The notes: a model not told the origin generated them from the sequence alone. A stretch of DNA of 64,000 bases from an uncultured Actinomycetes bacterium (GCA_963704885.1 CAVPIB010000004.1:288001-352000), one strand, 5' to 3'; shown: positions 41,847 to 56,013, numbered from the stretch's first letter. Numbers and translations are program-made.

Positions 41847-44800
41847 CCCGTCTCACCACCAACGGTCGCAGTGGCGGCGTCGAAGGACAACCGGGACTGC
41901 GATCCACCGTGCGAAGCGTCGGCGTGATGCTCCTGGATCGAACGCGGCTCGCTCGGGGATCCGCGCATCGCCTCGATACCGCGAACGGCCGCGTAGACAC
42001 CGGGCAGGGTGGTGATGCAGGGAACCCCCGCGGTAGCCGCCGCGGTGCGGATGAAGTACCCGTCGCTTCGGGGTCCGCGGCCGAACGGCGTGTTGATCAC
42101 GAGGTCCACCTTCCCACCTCGGATCGACTCCGCCACGTTGTGCGGCGCCTCCGAGACCTTTGCTACGCGAGTGACGGCGATCCCAGCCCGCTCCAGGACC
42201 CCGGCGGTCCCGCCGGTCGCGATCAGGGTGAACCCCATGTCCGACAACCGCTTCGCCGGGAAGACGATCGCGCGCTTATCGCGGTTGGCGACCGAGACGA
42301 ACGCGGTGCCGTGGATCGGCAGCCCGGTGCCGCTCGACATCAGCGCCTTCGCAAGCGCCATGCCGGGATCTCGATCGATGCCCATGACCTCGCCGGTCGA
42401 CTTCATCTCGGGGCCGAGCACCGTGTCCACTCCCGGGAACCGGTCGAACGGCAGTACAGCCGCCTTCACGCTGGTGTAGGGGAGGTGTCGGTAGTGGTGC
42501 GGATCCGCCGGGAGAACCCCTTCGACGGCGAGCTCGGCCAGGCTCCGGCCCGTGAGCACCAGCGTGGCGACCCGGGCGAGGGAGACGCCGATCGTCTTCG
42601 AGACGAACGGGACCGTGCGCGACGCGCGAGGATTGGCCTCCAGGACCCAGATCCGCTCGTCCTTCACGGCGAGCTGCAGGTTGAGCACTCCCTGCACGCC
42701 GAGGCGCCTCGCGAGTCGGCGCGTGATGTCCTCGATCTCGTCGAGCTCCTCGTCGGAGAGCGTGGCCGGTGGGATCTGACACGAGGAGTCCCCGGAGTGC
42801 ACGCCGGCCTCCTCGATATGCTCCATGACGGCACCGATGAAGACATCGGTACCGTCACACACGGCGTCGACGTCGACCTCGATCGCTCCCTCGAGGAAAC
42901 GATCGACCAGGACCGGATGCTCGGGAGACGCCTCAGCGGCCGTGCGCACGAAGGTCTCCAGGTCGTCGGCGTCGTAGACGATCTCCATGGCGCGGCCGCC
43001 CAGGACGTACGACGGGCGGACTACCACCGGGAACCCGATCCGCCCGGCGATGACGCGCGCCTCCTCGATGGTCCGAGCCTCACCGTGCGGTGGCGCGGCG
43101 ATCGCCAACTCGGCGAGGACCTGCGCGAACTTCCCTCGGTCCTCGGCCAGGTCGATCGCCTCCGGCCGCGTCCCCAGGACCGCGAAGCCCTCCTCCTCGA
43201 GCGTGCGGGCCAATCTGAGCGGGGTCTGGCCCCCGAACTGCACGATCACTCCGACGGGCCGCTCCGCGCGGCACACGGCCAGCACGTCCTCTGCCGATAC
43301 GGGCTCGAGATAGAGCCGACTCGACGTGTCGTAGTCGGTCGAGACGGTCTCCGGGTTGCTGTTCAGCATCACCGACTCGAACCCGGCCTCTTCCAGAGCG
43401 AACGCGGCGTGAACGCACGCGTAGTCGAACTCGATACCTTGACCGATCCGGTTCGGCCCGGAGCCCAAGATCACGACGCGAGGGCGAGCTGCTGGTCGAA
43501 CCTCACTCTCCTCTTCGTAGGTGGAGTAGTGGTACGGCGTTCGCGCGGCGAACTCCCCGGCGCAGGTATCCACGGTCTTGAATACGGGTGCCACGCCGAG
43601 CGCTTCGCGATGCCGCCTGACGGCAGCCTCCGTCCCCCGGGTGAGGAGAGCGATATCAGGATCCGACAGACCCAGCCGCTTCGCTGCGCGGAGCTCGATC
43701 GCACCCAGTGAAGCCAAGGGGCGATCCCGGAGCTCGTTCGCTCCCTCGACCATCTGCGCGAGCTGGTCCACGAACCACGGATCCACCCCTGACGACTCGG
43801 CGACCTGGTCCACCGAGTACCCGGACCGCAACGCTCCTTGGATCAGCGTGAGCCGGTCCTCCCCCGCCGCGGCCAGGTCCTGAAGGGACGCTCCGTTCGG
43901 TCGTGCATGTCCGTCCGCTCTTTCGAGACCGCGCCAGGCCTTCCCGAGCGCCTCCTTGAAGGTCCGTCCGATCGCCATCACCTCGCCGACCGACTTCATG
44001 GTCGAGGTCAGGGTTCGGTCCGCATCAGGGAACTTCTCGAACGCGAACCGCGGGATCTTGACAACCACGTAGTCGAGCGTGGGTTCGAATGCGGCGGGTG
44101 TCTCGCCGGTTATGTCGTTCGTGATCTCATCCAGTCGATACCCGACAGCCAATAGCGCCGCGATCTTCGCGATCGGGAACCCCGTGGCCTTCGATGCGAG
44201 CGCCGAGGAACGTGACACCCGGGGGTTCATCTCGATCAACACCATCCTGCCGTCGCGGGGGTTCACGGCGAACTGCACGTTCGAGCCACCCGTATCGACC
44301 CCTATCGCCCGGATGCATCGCAGGGCGGCGTCCCGCATCTGCTGGTACTCGACGTCGGTGAGGGTCTGGATGGGCGCAACGGTGACCGAGTCACCCGTAT
44401 GGACCCCCATCGGATCGACGTTCTCGATCGAGCAGACGATCACCGCGTTGTCGTCACCGTCGCGCATGACCTCGAGTTCGAATTCCTTCCATCCCGCGAT
44501 CGACTCCTCCACCAAGATCTCGTGGACCGGCGAGATCTCCAGGCTCCTTCGTGCCAGGTCGGCGAGCTCCTCGGGAGTGGCGGCGAACCCGCTCCCACCG
44601 CCACCCAGCGTGAAGGAGGGCCGTACGATCACGGGATAGCCGATCTGGTCACCGAGGGCGACGGCGTCGGCCACCGTGCAGGCTACGTCGGCTAGCGGAA
44701 CGTCGAGGCCCGCCTCGATCATCGTCCGCTTGAAGCTGCTTCGATCCTCCGCTCGATGGATCGCCTCGATGCCGGCGCCGATCAGCTGGATCCCGAGCCG

Positions 44801-45127
44801 GTCCAGATCCCCCGACTCGGCCAGCGCGACGGCCACGTTCAGACCGGTCTGGCCGCCGAGCGTCGGCAGGAGCGCGTCTGGCCGCTCGCGTTCCAGGACT
44901 GCCAGAACGGACGCGGGTTGGAGGGGTTCGATGTACGTGCGGTCGGCGAACCCAGGATCGGTCATGATCGTGGCGGGGTTCGAGTTCACCAGGGCCACCT
45001 CGTAGCCCTCTGACCGCAGAACCCTGCACGCCTGCGTCCCCGAGTAGTCGAACTCGCACGCCTGCCCGATCACTATGGGGCCCGAGCCGATCACCATGAT
45101 CTTGTGGATGTCGGACCGCCGTGGCAT
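41843..45127 (-). CDS. carB: carbamoyl-phosphate synthase large subunit
   Basis: [25 protein letters not shown], duplicated ATP-grasp domains and an MGS domain. Start at ATG 45127. Confidence 0.97.
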   Translation of the reverse strand: MPRRSDIHKIMVIGSGPIVIGQACEFDYSGTQACRVLRSEGYEVALVNSNPATIMTDPGFADRTYIEPLQPASVLAVLERERPDALLPTLGGQTGLNVAVALAESGDLDRLGIQLIGAGIEAIHRAEDRSSFKRTMIEAGLDVPLADVACTVADAVALGDQIGYPVIVRPSFTLGGGGSGFAATPEELADLARRSLEISPVHEILVEESIAGWKEFELEVMRDGDDNAVIVCSIENVDPMGVHTGDSVTVAPIQTLTDVEYQQMRDAALRCIRAIGVDTGGSNVQFAVNPRDGRMVLIEMNPRVSRSSALASKATGFPIAKIAALLAVGYRLDEITNDITGETPAAFEPTLDYVVVKIPRFAFEKFPDADRTLTSTMKSVGEVMAIGRTFKEALGKAWRGLERADGHARPNGASLQDLAAAGEDRLTLIQGALRSGYSVDQVAESSGVDPWFVDQLAQMVEGANELRDRPLASLGAIELRAAKRLGLSDPDIALLTRGTEAAVRRHREALGVAPVFKTVDTCAGEFAARTPYHYSTYEEESEVRPAARPRVVILGSGPNRIGQGIEFDYACVHAAFALEEAGFESVMLNSNPETVSTDYDTSSRLYLEPVSAEDVLAVCRAERPVGVIVQFGGQTPLRLARTLEEEGFAVLGTRPEAIDLAEDRGKFAQVLAELAIAAPPHGEARTIEEARVIAGRIGFPVVVRPSYVLGGRAMEIVYDADDLETFVRTAAEASPEHPVLVDRFLEGAIEVDVDAVCDGTDVFIGAVMEHIEEAGVHSGDSSCQIPPATLSDEELDEIEDITRRLARRLGVQGVLNLQLAVKDERIWVLEANPRASRTVPFVSKTIGVSLARVATLVLTGRSLAELAVEGVLPADPHHYRHLPYTSVKAAVLPFDRFPGVDTVLGPEMKSTGEVMGIDRDPGMALAKALMSSGTGLPIHGTAFVSVANRDKRAIVFPAKRLSDMGFTLIATGGTAGVLERAGIAVTRVAKVSEAPHNVAESIRGGKVDLVINTPFGRGPRSDGYFIRTAAATAGVPCITTLPGVYAAVRGIEAMRGSPSEPRSIQEHHADASHGGSQSRLSFDAATATVGGETG

Positions 45128-46275
45128 CAGTTGCCTTCCATGAGCCCGCGGAACTCCCCGAAGAGATAGCGGGCGTCGTGCGGACCAGGCGCAGCCTCCG
45201 GGTGGTACTGCACGGAGATGGCCGGAACGTCCAGGCATCGAAGCCCCTCGAGCGTGCCGTCGTTCAGGTTCCAATGGGTGAGCTCGACCGCCCCGTAGTC
45301 CGTAGCGGCCGTCGGGAGATCACGCTCGACGCGGCTCCAGCTGTCCGCGTCCACGGCGAACCCGTGGTTGTGGCTGGTGATCTCCACCACCATCGTGCGC
45401 AGGTCGCGGACGGGCTGGTTCACGCCGCGATGTCCGAAGCGCATCTTGTACGTACGTCCGCCGAGCGCCAGTCCGAGGAGCTGATGACCTAGACAGATGC
45501 CGAAGATCGGGACCTTGCCCAGCAGCTCGCGCACCGCAGCGGTCCCGTAGGTGGTGGCGGATGGATCGCCCGGCCCGTTCGACAGGAACACCCCATCGAA
45601 ACGACCTTCGGCGATGCGGGCGGGCGGCGTGTCTGCGGGGAAGACCGTCGTCTCACACCCCGTCGCGGCCAGGCGGCGCAGGATGTTGCGCTTCATCCCG
45701 AAGTCGTAGGCGGCGACCCGGTAGATCCGGCCGATCGACTCGTCGGGCGCTCCCACCATGTCCGCGGCCTGGTACGGCTCGGTGGCAGAGACGGAGCGGG
45801 CCAGATCCGCGCCCTCCATCAACGGGGACACCTGGACGCGAGCCACCAACGAGGCGGGATCGACGTCGAGCGTCGAGACCGCCGCACGCATCGCACCTCG
45901 TTCACGGAGCCGAAGCGTCAACCGGCGCGTATCGATCCCTTCGATCCCCACGACGCCCGCCACCTCGAGCTCCTCGCCGAGCGTTCGCACCGCCCGCCAG
46001 TTCGAGCTCCGTCGCGACGCCTCGCGGACCACGAAGCCGGCCACCTGCAACCGCTCCGACTCGGCGTCGTCTGGGTTGACCCCGTAGTTGCCCTGATGCG
46101 GTGAGGTCATAGTCACGATCTGGCCGGCATAAGACGGATCGGTCAGCACCTCCTGGTAGCCGGCCATCCCGGTGTTGAACACCGCCTCGCCGAAGGACTC
46201 ACCCGGTGCGCCGAAGCACTCACCCCGGAAGACCGAGCCATCCTCCAGGGCGAGGAGCGCGGCCGCTCCCGTCAC
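45127..46275 (-). CDS. carA: carbamoyl-phosphate synthase small subunit
   Basis: [39 protein letters not shown]. Confidence 0.97.
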   Translation of the reverse strand: MTGAAALLALEDGSVFRGECFGAPGESFGEAVFNTGMAGYQEVLTDPSYAGQIVTMTSPHQGNYGVNPDDAESERLQVAGFVVREASRRSSNWRAVRTLGEELEVAGVVGIEGIDTRRLTLRLRERGAMRAAVSTLDVDPASLVARVQVSPLMEGADLARSVSATEPYQAADMVGAPDESIGRIYRVAAYDFGMKRNILRRLAATGCETTVFPADTPPARIAEGRFDGVFLSNGPGDPSATTYGTAAVRELLGKVPIFGICLGHQLLGLALGGRTYKMRFGHRGVNQPVRDLRTMVVEITSHNHGFAVDADSWSRVERDLPTAATDYGAVELTHWNLNDGTLEGLRCLDVPAISVQYHPEAAPGPHDARYLFGEFRGLMEGN

Positions 46276-47562
46276 CTGGTCGCCTTTCCGTCGGTGACCG
46301 TCAGCGCGCCACGCAGCATGGTGTGTACGACCGCTCCTCGGAGCGTGCGCCCGGTGAACGCGGAGTTGCGGCTCTTCGAGACGAACGGCGGTTCCACGAC
46401 CCATTCGGCTGAGGGGTCGAACACCACGAGGTTCGCCGGACGCCCGGGTTCGATCGGTCCGCCGTGGTCCTTGGCGCCGAGGATGCGGGCAGGGTTGACC
46501 GACATCGCCTCGATCGCTCGAGGCAGAGACAGGATCCCAGGCTCCACCAGGTAGGTGAGCACCGCGCCGAGTGCGGTCTCCAGGCCGATCGTGCCCGGCG
46601 GCGACTGATCGAACTCGGCCTCCTTCTCTTCCACGGCGTGGGGTGCGTGATCGGTGGCGATGGTGTCGATCGTGCCGTCGGCCAATCCCGCTCGGAGCGC
46701 GTCGCGATCGTCCGCCGATCGGAGCGGGGGGTTGACCTTCATGTTCGTGTCGTAGGAAAGAAGGTCTTCATCGCTGAAGACCAGATGATGGGGCGTCACC
46801 TCGGCCGTTACCCGGATCCCTTCAGCCTTGGCTCGGCGGACGAGCTCGACCGAGCGTGCCGAGGACAGGTGGCATAGGTGCAGCCGAGAGCCGGTCATGC
46901 GAGCGATCGCCAGATCGCGCGCCACGATGACCTCTTCGGCCTCGGCCGGCTGCCCGCGCAACCCGAGCGAGTACGAGTGGAGTCCCTCGTGCATCTGGCC
47001 GCCCTCGGCGAGCGAGCCGTCCTCGCAGTGCTCCGCGATCAAGATGTCATCGAACGCCTTGCCGTACACCAAGGCGTTACGGAGCAGCCGAGCTGTCGGC
47101 ACGCACCGTCCATCGTCGCTGAAGACGCGGACCCCGGCCTGGACCATCTCCCCTATCTCGGCCAGAGCCTCCCCTTCGAGCTTGCTGGTGATCGCACCGA
47201 CCGGGAACACGTCGGCAAGGCCGGCGGCGGTCGCGAGGTCGCGAACCTCATGGATGACTCCAGCGTGATCCGCTACCGGGTCCGTGTTCGCCATCGGAGC
47301 CACCGCCGTGAACCCTCCACTAGCAGCCGCCCGCGTGCCCGACTCCACGGTCTCCTTGTGCTCGAAGCCGGGCTCACGCAGGTGCGTGTGCATGTCCACG
47401 AGGCCGGGTGCGAGGACCAAGCCATCGCAGTCCAAGATCTCTGCCGCCGGGGATGCGACGTCGCCGACCTCGGCGATCCGCCCGTCCTCGACGAGCACAT
47501 CCGCCACCGTGTCTATCCCTCTCACCGGATCCACGATCCGCGAACCTCGGAGGACCGTCCGC

Positions 47563-47570
<8 letters not shown>
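46272..47570 (-). CDS. pyrC: dihydroorotase
   Basis: [30 protein letters not shown]. Confidence 0.95.
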
Positions 47571-49120
<1,550 letters not shown>

Positions 49121-49229
49121 TTGGTCGAAACGTAGGATAGCGGGTCGGAAGGCCGACGTCCGCCTAGGCTCCGCCGGACGGGCCCGACGTACACTGGACA
49201 GATAGCCGAACGGAAGGTGGTCGATCCGC

Positions 49230-49433
49230 ATGGGACCTGAGTGGATCATCGTGGGCATAGTCGCCGTGGTCGTGCTGTTCGGGGCGAAGAAGCTCCCCGA
49301 GATGGCGCGATCGGTCGGTCGCGCGCAGGGCGAGTTCAAGAAGGGCCTTAAAGAAGGCGTGGTGCCCGATGGGTCCGAGGAGTCCGCCGAGCCCAAGACC
49401 GAACCGAAGACCGAGCCCAACACCGAGACTTAA
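49230..49433 (+). CDS. tatA: twin-arginine translocase TatA/E subunit
   Basis: TM segment followed by LFGAKKLPEMARSVGRAQGEFKKG. Confidence 0.93.
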   Translation: MGPEWIIVGIVAVVVLFGAKKLPEMARSVGRAQGEFKKGLKEGVVPDGSEESAEPKTEPKTEPNTET

Positions 49434-49846
49434 CTCGACCCACCGTCCGCTCGGCCGAGTTCTCGGGCGATCCGTCCCAGAACGCCGTTCACGTACCGCC
49501 TCGATTCGTCCGCCGAAAGCTCAGAAGCCGCCTCCACCGCCTCGCTGATGGTCACGGAGACCGGGATGTCCGTCAGGTGCATGAGCTCGAAGACCCCCAT
49601 CCGCAGGATCGAGCGATCCAGAGCCGTCATCCGCGCAACGGTCCATCCCTCGGAGTGCTCCTCGAGCAGCAGGTCGATCTCCGGCTGATGCTCGGCCACG
49701 CCTGCCACCAGTTCGCCGGTGAATGATGGGATCGCGCGATCGGCGGCGCGCCACTCCAGCAAGACGACTTCGGGATCTGCCGTGGTGATGTCGGCTTGAT
49801 ACAGGATGTCGAGTGCCGTCCGGCGAGCCTCGCGGCGAGTCGTCAC
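49430..49846 (-). CDS. nusB: transcription antitermination factor NusB
   Basis: [26 protein letters not shown]. Confidence 0.95.
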   Translation of the reverse strand: MTTRREARRTALDILYQADITTADPEVVLLEWRAADRAIPSFTGELVAGVAEHQPEIDLLLEEHSEGWTVARMTALDRSILRMGVFELMHLTDIPVSVTISEAVEAASELSADESRRYVNGVLGRIARELGRADGGSS

Positions 49847-50409
49847 GCCTTCACGCGCTCGATGTACTCGCCCGAGCGCGTGTCCACCTTGATCTTCTCG
49901 CCCTCCTCCACGAAGAGCGGGACCTGGACGACGAGGCCGGTCTCGAGCTTCGCTGGCTTGTATGCGCCGGTCCTCGTGTCGCCCTTCACCCCGGGATCCG
50001 TCTCGGTGATGGTGAGGACCATCGAGGCCGGCAGGTCGACGCCGATCGGCGCGCCCTCGTGCACGGTCACTTGAGCCTGACCCCCTTCAACGAGGAACCC
50101 GGCGGCGGTGCCCACGAGCGCCCCGGGAACGTGGATCTGGTCGTACGTCTCCAGATCCATGAACACGTAATCGGAGCCGTCCCCATACAGGTACTGCATG
50201 TCCTTGCGGTCCACCTTGGCCTGGCCGACCTTCACCCCGGCATTGAACGTCTTCTCGATGACCGCGCCCGTCTTCACGTTGCGGAGTTTGGTGCGGACGA
50301 AGGCGCCACCCTTGCCGGGCTTCACATGCTGGAACTCGATCACCTGGAACAGCGTGCCCTCGAGATCGAGGGTCATCCCGTTCTTCAGTTCGTTCGTGGA
50401 AACACTCAC
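49843..50409 (-). CDS. efp: elongation factor P
   Basis: [27 protein letters not shown]. Confidence 0.98.
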   Translation of the reverse strand: MSVSTNELKNGMTLDLEGTLFQVIEFQHVKPGKGGAFVRTKLRNVKTGAVIEKTFNAGVKVGQAKVDRKDMQYLYGDGSDYVFMDLETYDQIHVPGALVGTAAGFLVEGGQAQVTVHEGAPIGVDLPASMVLTITETDPGVKGDTRTGAYKPAKLETGLVVQVPLFVEEGEKIKVDTRSGEYIERVKA

Positions 50410-50427
50410 GCGTAGATCGCTCCCGTC

Positions 50428-51501
50428 CTACAGCTCTACCAGCTCACGGATCGACGTGCCGATGACCAGACATCCGTCCTCGACGACGTGGACCATGTCC
50501 TCGATCCTGGCTCCACCTAAACCGGGCACGTAGATACCGGGTTCCACGGTCATGACCGCACCGACCGGGATCACGTCTTCCCCACTTCGGGCGAAGTTGG
50601 GTCCCTCGTGGATCTCCAGTCCGACGCCGTGGCCGAGGCCGTGCGAGAAGCGCGGACCGTAGCCCGCGTCCTCCACCACCTTCCGTGCGACGGCGTCCAC
50701 CTCCCCGCCGGTCACCCCGGGGCGCACCGCATCGATGCCCGCCTGCTGCGCCTCGCGGACGATGTCGTGGATCTTGCGTAGCTCGGGCGGCGGCGAGCCG
50801 AACGCGATCGTGCGAGTCATATCCGCGTGGTACCCGCCGAAGAGACCCCCGAAGTCGAGTTTGATCACGTCGCCTTCCTCGAGGACCCGATGACTGGGCT
50901 GATGATGAGGCTCGGCGGCTTGCTCGCCGAACGCCACGATCGACTCGAACGACAACCCGTCGGCCCCGGCCCGCCGGAGCGCGTGCTCCAGCTCGAGCGC
51001 CACCTGCCGCTCGGTCATGCCCACGGCGAGGACGTCCAAGATCTCCTCGAACGCCCGATCCGTGCACGCCTGCGCCTCGCGGAGCATCGCAAGCTCCTCG
51101 TCATCCTTGACCCAGCGAAGGCGTCCGACCGGGTCGCCAACGGGCGCGAACTCCACATCGGGCGTGGCAGCCTTGAGCGTCTCCAAACCGTCGACCGTCA
51201 CGTCGTGCGCCTCGAACCCGAGCCGTTCGATACCCAGCCGTCCGCAGGCCTCGGCCAACGGTTCGCCGAACGCCCCCAGGTAGGTGATCCGCTCGGCGTC
51301 GGCGACCTCGTGACGGGAGCGTTCCGTGTATCGGCCGTCCGTGAAGAACAGGCTTTCTCGATCCGACACGACCACTTGGCCGTTCGAGCCCGTGAAGCCT
51401 GTCAGGTACCGGACGTTCGACAAGCGCGTGATCAAGATCGCGTCCACGGATCTCTCGTCGAGTGTCGGGGTCAGGGCGGAACGTCTCACTGCGTGAGCCA
51501 C
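50428..51501 (-). CDS. pepQ: Xaa-Pro peptidase (M24)
   Basis: NVRYLTGFTGS, DFG..DMTRT, HGLGHGVGLEIHE, VEPGIY, RIED. GTG 51501 follows GGAGG. Confidence 0.9.
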   Translation of the reverse strand: MAHAVRRSALTPTLDERSVDAILITRLSNVRYLTGFTGSNGQVVVSDRESLFFTDGRYTERSRHEVADAERITYLGAFGEPLAEACGRLGIERLGFEAHDVTVDGLETLKAATPDVEFAPVGDPVGRLRWVKDDEELAMLREAQACTDRAFEEILDVLAVGMTERQVALELEHALRRAGADGLSFESIVAFGEQAAEPHHQPSHRVLEEGDVIKLDFGGLFGGYHADMTRTIAFGSPPPELRKIHDIVREAQQAGIDAVRPGVTGGEVDAVARKVVEDAGYGPRFSHGLGHGVGLEIHEGPNFARSGEDVIPVGAVMTVEPGIYVPGLGGARIEDMVHVVEDGCLVIGTSIRELVEL

Positions 51502-51920
51502 GGCATCGCCTCCAGCGCCAGATGATAGCCACCGGCCCCCAGACCGATGATGGACGCGCGACAGACGGGGGACAGGACCGAGGTCCTGCGGAACTCCTCC
51601 CGCGCGTGGATGTTCGTCATGTGTACCTCGACCACGGGCAGACCGCAGCCCTCGATCGCGTCGCGCAGCGCATACGAGTAGTGGCTGAGCGCCCCCGGGT
51701 TCGCGACGACCGCGCCCGCGCCTTCCTCCGCTGCGCCCGCGATCCATCCCACGAGGTCTCCCTCGTGATCGGACTGGCGCCACACGACCTCGTGACCGAG
51801 CGCCCGTCCGCGTTCGCCGACCTCGGTCATGATCTCCTCCAGCGTCGCCGAGCCGTAGCGCTCAGGGTCGCGCCTTCCGAGCTCGCCGAGGTTCGGCCCG
51901 AACACGTACAACACCTTCAT
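51486..51920 (-). CDS. aroQ: type II 3-dehydroquinate dehydratase
   Basis: GPNL..LGRRDP..YG, NPGALSHYS, EVHMTN..REEFR. Confidence 0.95.
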   Translation of the reverse strand: MKVLYVFGPNLGELGRRDPERYGSATLEEIMTEVGERGRALGHEVVWRQSDHEGDLVGWIAGAAEEGAGAVVANPGALSHYSYALRDAIEGCGLPVVEVHMTNIHAREEFRRTSVLSPVCRASIIGLGAGGYHLALEAMPWLTQ

Positions 51921-53005
51921 CGGCTCGCTCCCATCGTCTCCAAGACGGCGCTCATCTCATCATCCGTGACACCGTCGACCACCACGGCCCGGCCCACGTC
52001 CTCCAGGAGCACGAAGCGAACACCGTCGCGGTACTTCTTGTCGAGCCGGCACGCAGCCACGATCGCGTCCGGATGGGGCAGGGAACCGTCGACCTCCAAC
52101 CCCAACGAGGTGAGGAGTCGCGCGGTCCGCGAAGCCAGGCCGGAGGAAGCAAGGCCACGTGCCTCCGCCAGCCGAGCCGCGAACACCATGCCGATGGCCA
52201 CGGCCTCGCCGTGTGAGCGTCCTCCGAAGGCTTCGAGTCGCTCGAGCGCGTGCCCGATCGTGTGTCCGTAGTTGAGGGTCAACCGCTGCCCGGAATCGTG
52301 CTCGTCGCCGGTCACGATGGTGGCCTTCGCTGTGACGCAACGGGTCACGATCCACTCCAGCGTGGCCGGGTCGCGCGCCACCACAGGAGCCGGGTCACGC
52401 TCCAACAGCTCGAGGAGTTCGGGATCGAGCGTGAGCCCATACTTCGTCACCTCCGCGAGGCCCGAGCGGAAGTCGCGCTCGGAGAGCGTCACGAGCGTGC
52501 CCACGTCGGCGATCACGACGCGTGGCTGGTAGAAGGTTCCGGCGAGGTTCTTGCCTTCGGGCAGGTTCACCGCGGTCTTGCCGCCGATCGCAGCGTCGAC
52601 CTGTGCCAGCAACGTCGTCGGCACCTGGACGAACGGGACGCCTCGCATGTAGGTGGAGGCGACGAACCCCGCCACGTCGCCGGTCGCGCCACCCCCCAGT
52701 GCCACGACCAGATCGTCCCGATGAGCTTCCTGGGTGGCCAGCTGGTGGAGCAAGGCCTCGTAGACCTGCAGGGTCTTGGCCTCCTCCCCCGCCGGCACCG
52801 GGAGGTGCACGGCTCCCAGCCCAGCGGCGCCGAGCGCGTTCGCCAGTGGCTCGAGCCATGCCGAGGACACCGTAAGGTCAGCGACTATGAACGCGGTGGA
52901 TGCACCGGGGATCTGCGGCATCAGATCCCCGATCTGCGAGATGGCGCCTATGCCTACGCACACCTCGTAGGACCGTCCCGGGATCGGGACGGTCACGCGG
53001 ACCAA
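51917..53005 (-). CDS. aroB: 3-dehydroquinate synthase
   Basis: GGGATGD, QVPTTLLAQVDAAIGGKT, LNYGHTIGHA, HGEAV. TTG 53005 follows GGAGG. Confidence 0.95.
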   Translation of the reverse strand: MVRVTVPIPGRSYEVCVGIGAISQIGDLMPQIPGASTAFIVADLTVSSAWLEPLANALGAAGLGAVHLPVPAGEEAKTLQVYEALLHQLATQEAHRDDLVVALGGGATGDVAGFVASTYMRGVPFVQVPTTLLAQVDAAIGGKTAVNLPEGKNLAGTFYQPRVVIADVGTLVTLSERDFRSGLAEVTKYGLTLDPELLELLERDPAPVVARDPATLEWIVTRCVTAKATIVTGDEHDSGQRLTLNYGHTIGHALERLEAFGGRSHGEAVAIGMVFAARLAEARGLASSGLASRTARLLTSLGLEVDGSLPHPDAIVAACRLDKKYRDGVRFVLLEDVGRAVVVDGVTDDEMSAVLETMGASR

Positions 53006-53490
53006 CGAAGCTCCTCCACGATGGCCTCGGCCACTTCGCCGGGGGGGCCTGTGCCGTCCACGACGTGTGCCGCGAACTCCCTGTAGAGAGGCTCTCTGGA
53101 CTGCAGGAGACGTTCCAGATCGCCCGCCTCCCTGATCAGCGGGCGCTCGGCCGCGGGTCTGACACGCTCGCGCAGCTGCTCGATAGGAACGTCCAGGAAG
53201 ACGGCGACACCGGTGTTCCGAAGCGTGATCCGGTTCGCCGGCTCGAGTACGACTCCCCCACCGCACGCCACCACCGATGGGTCGTGCGTGCTGGCCTGGA
53301 CGAGCGCCGCGGCCTCGCGAGCGCGGAAGGCTGCCTCACCCTCGGTCGCGAAGATCTCTCCGACCGACATGCCCGTCTCCCGCTCGATCTCTGCATCCAG
53401 ATCGACGAACGGCACGCCGAGCTGCCCGGCCAGCTCCTGGCCCACCACGGACTTCCCGGCGCCCGGCATACCCACCAGGTAGACGATCAC
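52993..53490 (-). CDS. aroK: shikimate kinase
   Basis: [24 protein letters not shown]. Confidence 0.95.
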   Translation of the reverse strand: MIVYLVGMPGAGKSVVGQELAGQLGVPFVDLDAEIERETGMSVGEIFATEGEAAFRAREAAALVQASTHDPSVVACGGGVVLEPANRITLRNTGVAVFLDVPIEQLRERVRPAAERPLIREAGDLERLLQSREPLYREFAAHVVDGTGPPGEVAEAIVEELRWSA

Positions 53491-54641
53491 TGGAGCGTCT
53501 CCAGGTAGCCGGCAAGGTTCCGACTCGTCTCCGTCATCGAGTCGCCCCCGAACTTCTCGAGCATGGCGTTTGCGAGCTCGAAGGCGACGACCGCTTCGCC
53601 CACGACTCCGCCGGCGGGCACCGCGCAGACATCGGTCCGCTGCTTGATCGCCTGAGCCGGGCGGCCCGTCGCGAGGTCCACCGTGGCGAGCGGGCGAGGG
53701 ACGGTCGAGAACGGCTTCATGGCCGCGCGGAGCCGGATCGGCTGTCCCGTGGACATGCCCCCCTCGATCCCACCCGCCCTGGCCGTAGCTCGCCCGATGA
53801 CGCCATCCCGCAGGACTATCTCGTCGTGCGCCTTGGACCCGGGCCGCGACGCCGAGGCGAAGCCATCCCCGACCTCCACGCCCTTCACCGACTGGATGGA
53901 CATGAGCGCGAGCGCCATCCGAGCATCGAGCTTGCGGTCGTAGTGGACGTAGGAGCCCAAGCCGGGTGGAACCCCGTGGGCAACGACCTCGAACACGCCG
54001 CCCACCGTGTCGCCCGTGCGTCGGATCGTGTCGATCTCGGACACCATGCGTCGGGTGGCTTCCGGATCGACGCAGCGAACCGCGGAGGCGTCGATCGCAT
54101 CGAGTTCGGCCATGCCCGGGACCGCTCGTCTGGCGGGGCTCTTCACCGTGCCGATCCGCACGACGTGGGATAGCATACCCACGCCCAGTTCGCTCAGGAA
54201 TGCCTTGCAGCAGGCCCCGATGGCCACGCGCGCGGCCGTCTCCCTAGCGCTCGCTCTCTCCAACACGTTGCGAACATCGTCGAACCCATACTTCTGCACC
54301 CCGACCAGATCTGCGTGCCCGGGACGCGGGCGGGTGAGGCGCTGCTCCGGGTCACCGGTCCCCTCGACGCCCATGACATCCCTGTACTTCTGATCGAATT
54401 CCACGTTCGGGATGGTGATCGCGATCGGTGAACCAAGGCTCCGCCCGTGCCGGATCCCCGCGAGGATCTCGAAGCGGTCCCCCTCGAACTTCTGACGCCC
54501 ACCCCGGCCGTGACCGTGACGCCGGCGGGCGAGCTCCCGCTCGATCTCCTTGGGAGCGATGGGAACATCTGCCGGCAGACCTTCGAGGACAGCCACCAGC
54601 GCCTGTCCGTGCGATTCGCCGGCCGTGAGCATGCGCAACAT
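53487..54641 (-). CDS. aroC: chorismate synthase
   Basis: [38 protein letters not shown]. Confidence 0.97.
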   Translation of the reverse strand: MLRMLTAGESHGQALVAVLEGLPADVPIAPKEIERELARRRHGHGRGGRQKFEGDRFEILAGIRHGRSLGSPIAITIPNVEFDQKYRDVMGVEGTGDPEQRLTRPRPGHADLVGVQKYGFDDVRNVLERASARETAARVAIGACCKAFLSELGVGMLSHVVRIGTVKSPARRAVPGMAELDAIDASAVRCVDPEATRRMVSEIDTIRRTGDTVGGVFEVVAHGVPPGLGSYVHYDRKLDARMALALMSIQSVKGVEVGDGFASASRPGSKAHDEIVLRDGVIGRATARAGGIEGGMSTGQPIRLRAAMKPFSTVPRPLATVDLATGRPAQAIKQRTDVCAVPAGGVVGEAVVAFELANAMLEKFGGDSMTETSRNLAGYLETLQ

Positions 54642-54677
54642 GCGGACATCATAGGGACCGGCGCCTTGCGGGATGGG

Positions 54678-54745
54678 GCGGGGGCGACCCCGAGACGGAG
54701 CCGCCCCCGCGCCGGCGACCGCTCCCCCCGTGGGCGGGTCGCCGG
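54678..54745 (-). terminator. two tandem GC-rich hairpins after the pilus operon
   Basis: GCGGGGGCG/CGCCCCCGC (54678-54710) and CCGGCGACC/GGTCGCCGG (54712-54745). No U tract. Confidence 0.45.
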
Positions 54746-54760
54746 GATCTGAAGCGCCGT

Positions 54761-55366
54761 CTACTTGGACGGCGTTACGCAGAGCGTGAAGGACTCGTCC
54801 CCGTACAGGAACGTGGCGCAGTTGCCGGCGACGTCCCTCAGTTCGAACGTTCCCCCCGCGAACGGATCCCCCTCCGCCACGTTGTAGACCGTGCCGTCGA
54901 CCTCTACCTGCGCCATCTGAACGCCGTTGTGAGTGAACGTGTCGAGCAGGACGACCGTGTGTCCGCCGACGACGGTGCTCGACCCGTTGGTCGGCGCGCT
55001 CGTGGGGCTGGTGGTCGGGCTGCCAGGTGAGGAAGGTGACCCCGTATCGGTGGGCGAGGCTGGTGACGACCCGTCGGTCGGGGACGCGGTTACCTGGAAC
55101 TGCGGAGGAACGGAGAACGGATCGCGTCCTGAGAAGATCGGGCTAGGACTCGGCCCTCCCGTGGGCTCGCCGGACGGACCCTCGGAGGGCTCCACGGTCG
55201 GGCCCTCGGTTGGTGCGATCGACGTGGATGGTCCGATCGAGATCGGGGGGAGGGCAGCCGTCCCGCCTTTACCGAGCTGGCCCAAGGCGAGGAGCGCCAC
55301 CACCAGGACGGCCGCGACGATGCCTCCGATCTTCAGGGCCCGGCGATCGCGATCGTTGAGCGGCAT
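54761..55366 (-). CDS. PilP/GspC-like membrane-anchored pilus alignment protein
   Basis: N-terminal TM, Pro/Ser/Thr linker with GRDPF, C-terminal beta-rich domain; follows pilO. Confidence 0.6.
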   Translation of the reverse strand: MPLNDRDRRALKIGGIVAAVLVVALLALGQLGKGGTAALPPISIGPSTSIAPTEGPTVEPSEGPSGEPTGGPSPSPIFSGRDPFSVPPQFQVTASPTDGSSPASPTDTGSPSSPGSPTTSPTSAPTNGSSTVVGGHTVVLLDTFTHNGVQMAQVEVDGTVYNVAEGDPFAGGTFELRDVAGNCATFLYGDESFTLCVTPSK

Positions 55367-55368
55367 CG

Positions 55369-56013
55369 TTAGCCTTCCGAGGTTGTGACCGCGGCCGGCG
55401 TGCTCGTATCGGCCGGCGTGGTCGGAGTCGTGGTGGTGCCCGCCCCTGCGGTGGGTCCCGGCGAGGAGCCCGGTCCCGCGCTCGAGTCGCTGGTGTATAC
55501 GTCCACACTGGCCGACATAGTGAGCGTACTGCCGGATTCCCCCGGAACGAGGTTCACTGCTGTGACCTTGGCCGCGCGAGGCAGGGTCTCGATCCGGAAC
55601 AGGAACTCGGTGAGCGCGAAGTAGCTCCCCCTTACCGACAGGGTATTGGACACCGTCGACAAGCCCGTCGCGGGATCAAAGACGGGAGTGCTGGGCGTGA
55701 GCGTGAACAGGTCCACGGAGGACTGGATCGCGGCGTTCTGAAGCAAGAGGATGAACCCCTGCTGGTCGACCGTGGGCGGGATGGCTTGCTCCACCTTGCG
55801 GATCGTCTCGCGGTTCTTGGGCGCGTCCGCCTCGGCCTGCTCGAGGGCGGCAAGCTGGGAGGCGAGCGTGGACTGTTGGGTCACGGCCAGCTCCAGAGCG
55901 GCGTTGGCGTCCTTCACCTGACCCATCTTGGGCAGGACCAGGAAGAACGCCACGAGAACCGCCACGATCGCGAGCGCCGCCCCGGCGATGAGGGGACCCC
56001 GCTTACCCCCCAC
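55369..56013 (-). CDS. pilO: type IV pilus alignment protein PilO
   Basis: TM, coiled coil, then GSYFALTEFLFRIETLPR ferredoxin-like core. Confidence 0.85.
   Translation of the reverse strand: MGGKRGPLIAGAALAIVAVLVAFFLVLPKMGQVKDANAALELAVTQQSTLASQLAALEQAEADAPKNRETIRKVEQAIPPTVDQQGFILLLQNAAIQSSVDLFTLTPSTPVFDPATGLSTVSNTLSVRGSYFALTEFLFRIETLPRAAKVTAVNLVPGESGSTLTMSASVDVYTSDSSAGPGSSPGPTAGAGTTTTPTTPADTSTPAAVTTSEG

Noticed and set aside
49385-49433. 12-bp tandem repeats (EPKT) and a shared TTAA stop between tatA and nusB
   Set aside because: Low-complexity TatA tail and an ordinary convergent overlap.
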